A DNA stretch of 29,694 nucleotides from Moniliella sp. 'wahieum' (lineage: Eukaryota): the NCBI GenBank assembly GCA_003971905.1, contig RSEE01000062.1, forward strand, positions 372,001 to 401,694, written 5' to 3'. The number at the start of each line of letters is the position of its first letter. The stretch's first letter is position 1. Positions 22,077 through 29,694 of this stretch are shown in pieces. The notes under the pieces were generated by a model, which was given only the letters and a program-made list of their open reading frames with translations, did no database searches and was not told where the DNA came from. The position numbers and the translations under genes are program-made.

Positions 22077-24739
22077 CTAGATCCGGCCCAGTCCTTCCAT
22101 GCCCATGTCTGGCTCACCTGGATCTCCCTCGGGCCAGCTCATCCTTGGGGTTGGACGACAAGGCCAGGACAACCTCGTATCTGCCAGCCTCGACCGACCA
22201 GTGGCCATCCTCGCCTCCCACCCACGAGGAGACCGCCTCTTGGTCTAGATCGATCGTGACCTGCTTCGCCTCGCCTTGCGGAAGACGCACCGCCTCGAAC
22301 GCAGCAAGTTTCCGGGCGCGCCCACCCACGTTGAGAACGTAGAGCTGCACTACTCCTTTGCCCGAACGTGAGCCCGTGTTGGTGACCTCCACTTTCACTT
22401 CCACTGTCGAACTCGGGCCGGAGAGTGTACCTTGGATCCCCAACAACGTGTAGGAGAACGTTGTGTATCCGCCGAGGCCTTGTCCAAACCATGCCAGCGG
22501 TTTCAGTTGCGTACTTTCAAAATGCGCTGCTCCAATCTTGACACCTTCATCGTAGTATACATTTGGGCCCACGGGATCCTCCTCCTCTTTCACGCCTGGG
22601 AAGAGACGAGCGCTTGCGGCTGTCGGAAGGTCGCGAGTTTTAATGGGCCATGTACTGGGCATCCTCCCCGACGCTGGGGCGTCCCCCGTGCAAGCAGAAC
22701 ATCGGCAATCGCAGCCCCGGACTCTTGTCCGCCAAACCAGGTTTGTACCACGGCCGCGGCAGAAGAGAACCAAGGCATCTCGACTGCTGCCCCGGTAACG
22801 CTCACCACCACTGTGTGAGGCTGATGCTGAAGGACGTGGGCGACAAGTTTGTCTTGGTTCTTGGGCAGCGTCAACACTTGACGATCGTTCTCCTCCCCCT
22901 CGAAGCTCGATCCCGTTCCAACAAAAACAATGGCTGTTAAAACGTGTTAGCTTCTCAAAATGGCTGTATGGGCGCTTGATATGGAGGAGAGACGTACCCA
23001 GATCAGCCTCAGCCGCTGCCTTGGCCGCCTCGTCGATGGGGATCTGCTCGTCCTGATCTTCAATCCAGCCAGACAAGACGATGGAATAGTGAGCATTGCG
23101 CGCCCATTCATCAAGCCCCTTGTCGTCCGAATAGCGGTCAGGAGGACGGTACTCCACTGTCACCTCTTTCGGCTGATTGGAGAAGGAGAATGCCCTGCTC
23201 TTCCAGCCGTTGGTGGGATTGACAGCAACCATAGCCACATCCTTCTCAAACGTCTCAGTCCAGGTTTCCTCCCCGGCAACCTGGACAGAAACCGTTCCCA
23301 GCCCCACAATCGCCAGCTTGTGCTTTCCTTCGGATGGCGGGGAAAGGGTTGTGGTCAGACGCACAAACCAGTTCCCCACTTCAGCTCCGGACGGGAGCGG
23401 GGTCATGCTCTTCCCCCACTCGAGCGCATCCTTCTCCAGCGTGGCAAAGCATTTGACATCCCCTTTCTGCTTTCCATTGAAAAACTCTAGTTTCACCGGA
23501 CCATTGGGAGGACTAGGAGGAAATTCCCACATGGGCACACCCTCGTGGTAGGTAAACTCGGACGAACCGAGACCTTCTTTGAGGGCATCAATGGGTGGAG
23601 ACAGGTACTGCGAGGTCAGATTGGCACTGCCCCCACCCGATTGAAACGCTTTGGCAGCGATGGCAGGGGCACCAACGAGAGCAACCTTCTTGGGGGCATG
23701 TGCTCCTGAAGCGAGGGGCAAGATGCCATCGTTTTTAAGCAGCACGGCTGCTTCGGCGCCAATGGTGCGAATAGCGCTGGAAAGTTCCTTGCTACGCACC
23801 GAAGACTCATTCTCTTCGTCCACAGACGTAAGCAGCCCAAGCGGCTCCACTCGTTTGATGAGTTGCAGCACGCGTTTGACCCGTGCATCAAGGTCGTCTT
23901 GAGTAATTTCCCCCTTCTCAATGAGGGCCTTGACTGTCTCTGGCTTGCGGAAAATGGAGGGACCAGGCATCTCCAAATCGGTCGTCTTGAGTGCATGATC
24001 ATGCAGAGCAAACCAATCGGACATGACCAGCCCCTCGTACCCCATTCGGAGCGAACCACATCCTGCCACAGCCGTAGGTGCTCTGATGCACTCACCCTGT
24101 TCACCCGATTGTAGGCCGTCATGAACGCCGCGCTCTGGCCATTGAAAGGAGCAGCTTTCTCCTCTCCCTTTGCTCCAATGGCGCGAGCCACGTCCCGAAG
24201 GGCAATCTGAAACGGCTTAAGGTAGATCTCCCGCAGCACAATTTCATCCACATTGGAGGAGGAGATGCGACGCGCAGTCTCCGTCTCGTTGGCGACGAAA
24301 TGCTTCAAACAGGCGCCCACACCCGTCGACTGGCAGCCACGCACCCAAGCGCCGGCCAACGTTCCACACAACAGTGGATCCTCTGAAAAGGTCTCGAACG
24401 TACGCCATTGCGAGGATCGCGAACCATATTGATGGTGGGGCCGAGAATGACGTGCGCCGCTTTGGACCGTCCGTCCTGGGCGATCCACTGCCCCATCGTA
24501 AACGCATGAGCACGATCAAAGGTAGCCCCTAGCGCACTGGCAGAGGGGAAGAGGGCGGCCGGAACCGAGTCCATCAACCCGCCGCCGCCACGGGCTCCGA
24601 CAGGGCCATCGGACAACTTAATATAGGGCAAGTGCGCTTCCCCCTTTGCATACGTTCTCCACATGTCAACCCCGGCTACGAGGAAACACTTGTCCTCAAA
24701 TGTGAGCGCCTTGAACACATTCTCCGGATCGAACGACAT
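22077..24739 (-). CDS. GH3 beta-glucosidase, no signal peptide, PA14-like insert and C-terminal FnIII-like domain; intron 22934-22997
   Basis: LTFEDKCFLVAGVDMWRT, KLSDGPVGARG, ILGPTINMVRDP, FETFSEDPLL, ACLKHFVANE, LREIYLKPF, MTAYN, GLVMSDW (nucleophile Asp), DLEMPGP, VLLKND, GGGSA, WFGGQESG, SGRMPSTWP, FGQGL and VVQLYV. The stop is at 22114 as sequenced, or about 22077 after correction. Confidence 0.95.
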
Positions 24740-25084
24740 GGTGCTTGCTCGAGTGAGGCCCTCAGTACAGATAGCGCGTCGCGTGGTGGTTGCAAAAGAG
24801 AGAGAGAGCGGCCCGTTCAAACTGCTACGAGCGGCTCAATTTGACGGGTGGAAACGCTGTTTCCAGCGTGGCCAGTGCGTCGATCTTACGTTATGTGAAT
24901 GGGATACGATCGCGTGTTAACATGTTAACCTGTAAGGTCAAGCGCACCGGCATGATCAGGTCACAGGCCAAGTGGGCGAAGGTATTCAATGCTTGGATCC
25001 AGCGTAACGCGCAATGGCCTCTCTGCAACAATGGCGAAGTTGGTGCGTTGTCCAACCCGGAAGCAAGATACTTCCGACAAAAAA

Positions 25085-25179
25085 CGACAATGACAGGATT
25101 CGAACCTGTGCAGGCAGAGCCTAATTGATGGTTAGAATGCAATTCTAATCAATCCCCTTAACCGCTCGGGCACATTGCC
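25085..25179 (-). tRNA. tRNA-Ser(AGA) with 13-nt intron (25130-25142)
   Basis: Reverse complement GGCAATG-TG-CCCGAGCGGTTAAGGG-G-ATTGA-TT-AGA-A-[intron]-A-TCAAT, long variable arm AGGC-TCT-GCCT, ACAGG-TTCGAAT-CCTGT-CATTGTC-G. G73 discriminator; T6 terminator follows. Confidence 0.94.
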
Positions 25180-25411
25180 TTATGATGACAGGTGACCCGG
25201 TTTACTCAGGCGGTGCAGGCAAATGGGCCTCATTCCGCCCGGCGGCTCCACACCGCTTCGCAAAACACTGTCGATTCCGCATCAGGTAGTGCCCACAGCG
25301 AGCACAGACGACTGTGACCACTCCAATCAGTCCATCTGCGTTAGCACGCACCGAGGCCACCAGCCGTCCACGCTCCGCCTCCCTTTTGCATCACCACAGC
25401 CTGCCTAGTCG

Positions 25412-26514
25412 ATGCCGGTCCCGGCGGCAGGGGGCCGCTGCCGCCATGGCGCCGCATCCTTTGGCAGCGTCAACCCTACGCCGATAACTACACGCCCCCG
25501 TCATTTCTTGCCTCCCTCAGAGCCCCGCCTCCGCCCCGCCGGGGCCTTGCCCAGCTCGTCCTTGCTGCCCTTCCCCTCGGCACACAACTCAACATCATCC
25601 TGGTATTTGTTGCCGTTTTCCTCCGCCTGCAAGCACGGGTGTGGCACCCACCGCTCGTGTCCTTGGCCATCGCGTTTCTCACTGTCATGGGGTGGGCCGT
25701 GTGTGAGGCGCTGCAGTCATCCCAGCTGTCTCCCACTGGCGCCATCGCTCAGCCCAAACACCCCGTGCCGATGGTCCGTCGGAGGAGTAAGCGAGCTCAG
25801 ACGGTTCTCTCTTTTCTGCTACTCTGTCTCGTGCTCTATGCTCTCTCGCCACTCATGCGCACCATGACCGCCTCAACGACAAGCGACTCGATCTGGGGAT
25901 TAGCCGGCGGTCTCTTCGCCCTCCATCTGGCTGCCGCCGAATACCGTCTTTCGGGACCTACCTTGATGCCCATTCGGCCGCACAGGCGGGGCGGCGATGC
26001 GCCCTCGCCCGAGGCAGGGGTCAAATACATTGTGGCTGGATCGCGTGACAGTGGCGATGGTTCGCTGCCATCGCACATATCCTTGAGCGCGGCCATGTCT
26101 GCGAGTGTGGTCCTTGCTTCCCGCCTACGGTCTGAGGCAGGCGTTTTTGCCCTCCTGTTCACCAGTCTCTTCCTCTTTGCCCTTGTGCCGGCAGGACGGT
26201 CACGGATGGTGCGGTACCTATCTACGCAGACGCGAGGCAGCAGCAACGGGAGCGGGAGCGAAGGGGCTGGCGCTGCTGCGTCGGTTGGGCTGTTTGGTGT
26301 GACGCTGGTGGTGGGCACGCTGCTGCATGGTTACTCGTTTGACCCAGCTGCGACCCCTGCGCTGCGGGTAGTGTTGGCGCTGCACGGCGTGCTGCTTCTG
26401 CTCGTGACGGGGGCCGGACCGCTGTGGCTGCACTGGGCTCAAGCCAGCCGGCAGAGCCTGGCAGGGCCTTGGGATCCGGCGGTGCCTATTGTACGTGCTC
26501 GCGGGCCAGACTAG
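25412..26514 (+). CDS. GPI2: GPI-GlcNAc transferase subunit PIG-C/Gpi2
   Basis: PPWRRILWQRQPYADNYTPPSFLASL at 25441-25518, LSPLMRTMTASTTSDSIW, ISLSAAMSASVVLASRL and C-terminal LAGPWDPAVP. Multiple hydrophobic helices; frameshifts in the 5' part. Confidence 0.92.
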
Positions 26515-27091
26515 CCAGGGGGAGGTGGCCGGGGGGGCTGATTGTTATGCGTTTGGGCAAGGTATGCGCGGGCGGGCCGCTGGGGCATTGGGTGGATGGA
26601 TGGATACATAGGTTGGCTGATTGTGGGTGGATGGGCGAGGGTGGAGAGTGGGGACGTGGCAGCCGGAGTCGTGTGAGCCTGGGCAGCGCGTAGGGCGACA
26701 GGAGTGCAGGAGCGCTGAGCCTCAGCGGTGGGGTGTCACCGACCGCGGGCGGCCCGTGGTTGCGGCGGCGTCTTGGTCTGCGTCGGCGCGTCGGCACTGC
26801 CCTTTGGCCGCCGCCCCCCGCCCCCTGCCCACCACGCCACGCCCCCAGAGGCCGAACAGCTGGAGGGAACCCTATCCGCCAGGACAATCCGCGCGTTATT
26901 CCACAGGCATCCGGCCAGTCGGGCGTGGCAGCACCCGAAGCAGGGGCACAAGCCCGCAGGGGGGATATGCGGGCCGCACGGCACGGCACGGGGCCACTGA
27001 GCCGTCGCGGCCGCCCCGCCTGCTGCTCCACGCGCCCTTCGCCTGCTGTTCTTGGCCGGCCGCACTGCCTCGGAGCTTGCACACGCCCTGC

Positions 27092-27129
27092 GGCTGGGCT
27101 GGGCTGGGCTGGGCTGGGCTGGGCTGGGC
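27092..27129 (+). repeat. (GGGCT)n pentanucleotide tandem repeat with seven GGG tracts
   Basis: ggct-(gggct)x6-gggc, ending about 97 nt upstream of the calcineurin ATG. Confidence 0.95.
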
Positions 27130-27225
27130 GGCAGCTGGCGTTACCAACACCACCAGCGACGACCACCACCGCCCCACCACCTAGCACCCCCACACCCGCC
27201 CTCACGCTTACCCATCTCTGTCGCC

Positions 27226-29377
27226 ATGGCCTCGACCCCCTCGGCCCAGGCCCACAAGGAGCATCTCCACGCTGCCCTCGACGAGATCCAGCGCAAGAGC
27301 GAGCTGCCCAAGCCCGAGATCGACTTCACTGTCCATACCCTTGACGATGGCACCGAAGTCTCCACCCAAGAGCGCGTTATCAAGGATGTCCAGGCCCCGC
27401 ATTTCATCTTCCTACCGACGAGCAGTTTTATGCCGACCCCGAGCACACAAAGCCCGACCTGGCCTTTCTCAAAAACCACCTCTACCGCGAAGGCCGTCTT
27501 TCGGACGAGCAGGCTCTTTTCATCATCCATGGTGCTACCAAGGTTCTCCGCACCGAACCCAACCTTCTCGAAGTCGACGCGCCTATCACGGTCTGCGGGG
27601 ATATTCATGGGCAGTATTACGACCTGATGAAGCTCTTTGAGGTGGGGGGCAATCCCGCCGAGACGAGGTATCTGTTCTTGGGCGACTATGTCGACCGCGG
27701 CTACTTCTCCATCGAGTGTGTATTGTACTTGTGGGCCCTCAAGATGTGTTACCCTGAATCGGTTCTCCTCTTGCGCGGGAACCACGAGTGCCGCCACTTG
27801 ACCGACTACTTCACCTTCAAACTCGAGTGTATGTCGCACTCCTTTGGCCCTGCTTTTGAATCCTGCTGCTGACTGTCCTGTCCTTTGCCTCATGGGTCTC
27901 TTCCCTTCATAGGTAAACATAAGTACTCAGAACACATCTACGACGAGTGCATGGAATCGTTCTGCACTCTTCCCCTTGGCGCTCTGATGAACAAGCAATT
28001 CCTTTGCATTCATGGGGGCCTCTCTCCCGAACTGCAAACTCTGGACGACCTGCGCGATTTGAACCGCTTCCGCGAACCGCCGACGCATGGACTGATGTGT
28101 GACCTTCTTTGGGCGGATCCATGCGAGGATTTTGGGTCAGAAAAGACCAACGACCTCTTCCTTCACAACCACGTCCGCGGCTGTAGTTACTTTTTCACCT
28201 ATGCCGCCACCTGCCAGTTCCTTGAGCGCAACAACCTTCTGTCTGTCATTCGGGCTCACGAGGCGCAGGACGCCGGCTACCGCATGTATCGCAAAACAAA
28301 GACCACTGGTTTCCCCTCAGTCATGACCATCTTTTCGGCACCCAACTATCTTGATGTGTACAACAACAAGGCGGCTGTGCTCAAGTATGACAACAACGTC
28401 ATGAACATTCGCCAGTTCAATGCGTCCCCCCATCCTTACTGGCTTCCCAACTTTATGGATGTCTTTACCTGGTCCCTCCCTTTTGTCGGTGAAAAGATCA
28501 CTGACATGCTCATTTCTCTCCTCAACATTTGCTCCAAGGAGGAACTGGAAGAGGAGGACGAGGAAGATCTTGTGTCTGAGCACGAGGGCGGGGAGGGCGT
28601 GCCAGCGAGCGATGAAGATGTGGAGGTGGACGATGAAGAATCCTTCATTGATGAGAATGGCGAGCGCCGGGTGGCAATCAAGAACAAGATTCTCTCAGTC
28701 GGCCGTATGTCTCGTGTCTTCTCCCTGTTGCGTGAAGAGACAGAGCGGTCCTCGGAACTTCGCTCGGCGGCGGGCGAGACAAGTTTGCCGTACGACAGCC
28801 TCGTCCTTGGTGCCGAAGAGGTCAAGGACAACATCCATGGCTTCGATGACGCTCGCAAGGTGGACATTGAGAACGAGCGTTTGCCTCCCGACCTGATTGA
28901 TGCCAACTCGCCCGAGGCGATGATGGGGATCGAGTCGGCCGAAGGAAGTGTCTTGACGCAATCTCCCACCGGCTCGTCCACGCCTTCCTCCCCCGTCACT
29001 TCCGCTTCAGGCATGACTGGGGCCGAGAGCACGCCTGCCAAACCAGCCCCATTTGCCTCGTTCGCCAATGCGGGCGGCAAGGCCAACTTGAGTGGACAAA
29101 AGACATCGTTCCGCCCGCCGGGGGCCCATCGCCACTCTCGGTCTTCTCGCTGGGTACGACCATGTCCTCCCCATCCAACCGGCGGCGGTCGATCGAATCA
29201 ACGATTTCGATGATCAAGGAGGCGATGATCGACGAGGACGCTGCGCCAGGGCAATCCTCCGAAGACTTGGAACGCCTGGCGCGCAACCTTTCGGGGCACC
29301 GGCCCAGAAGGTCTGTTGATGCGTCCACCGCTGCTGCGACAGAGGATGTACCGATGCCTTCTCAACAGGAACTCTAG
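27226..29377 (+). CDS. CNA1: Calcineurin catalytic subunit A (PP2B); intron 27829-27912
   Basis: [86 protein letters not shown], CnB-binding [23 protein letters not shown], CaM-binding [21 protein letters not shown] and autoinhibitory [16 protein letters not shown]. Frameshifts near 27410 and about 29120-29150. Confidence 0.97.
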
Positions 29378-29694
29378 TGGTCATGCCGTCCGGCACCAGC
29401 CCGCTCGCACCTCCGATTTCATTGGACTCGGGACTGTTCCTTGTTGGCGTTGGTTCAGTGCCATGCGCCTGGACGCCGGACGATCCCGGAAAGAATCTCG
29501 CTCATTGTGTATTCCTGGAGGGTTGTATTATCTAGTGGTGGGACCCGTGTCAGGACCGACGGCCGTATTATTCACAAGCCCATGCAGCTCGCAGATGAAA
29601 AGATGGAGCGGATTGGGGCATCTCCGAGTCGATGGCAGCGGGAACGTTCGGATTAGGCGGATGCTGGTCAGTCACTAGCCACTAGTGTCACTAG

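Noticed and set aside
21217..22259. ORFs of about 200 aa between KRE6 and GH3
   Set aside because: Low-complexity antisense or UTR readings of the KRE6 leader and the GH3 3' end, with no recognisable domain.
27092..27129. GGGCT array as CRISPR or telomeric repeat
   Set aside because: No spacers, eukaryotic context, and the unit is not TTAGGG.
26486..27344. ORFs of 187-239 aa between GPI2 and CNA1, including AQPSP/GLGWA repeats
   Set aside because: Products of very high GC content and of translating the GGGCT repeat; the region is the GPI2 3' end and the CNA1 promoter.
4681..29377. Calling the frameshifted genes pseudogenes or programmed-frameshift genes
   Set aside because: The lesions are scattered 1-nt deletions in all genes with otherwise intact catalytic motifs. 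Sequencing error is far more parsimonious.
29673..29694. Three CACTAG copies at the window end as a transposon terminus
   Set aside because: Too short, truncated by the window, and no matching inverted repeat or transposase was found.

Overview
Eukaryotic, GC-rich, intron-poor fungal genomic DNA. It is most likely a basidiomycete, and the intron sparsity would fit Ustilaginomycotina, though this is an inference. Gene order: hexokinase 3' end (+), small secreted Cys-containing protein (-), about 2 kb unexplained, glycerol kinase (+), tRNA-Met, GSK3-family kinase (+), probable orphan gene (-), stand-alone Arc1/EMAP-II-like tRNA-binding protein (-), 1,3-beta-glucan synthase FKS1 (+), tRNA-Ala, KRE6/SKN1-type GH16 (-), GH3 beta-glucosidase (-), tRNA-Ser, GPI2/PIG-C (+), calcineurin A (+). 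Nearly every gene, including essential ones, is broken by single-base deletions, mostly in short homopolymers. This looks like uncorrected long-read error rather than pseudogenisation, so CDS coordinates span reconstructed genes (introns included) and some ends are approximate. The most notable feature is a run of five consecutive protein genes (FKS1, KRE6, GH3, GPI2, CNA1) that all relate to beta-glucan or cell-wall biology. Also notable are a GST-less tRNA-binding protein with a presequence-like N-terminus and a (GGGCT)n G-quadruplex-type repeat in front of calcineurin. No mobile element or CRISPR array was recognised, and nothing here proves a new system without comparative data.
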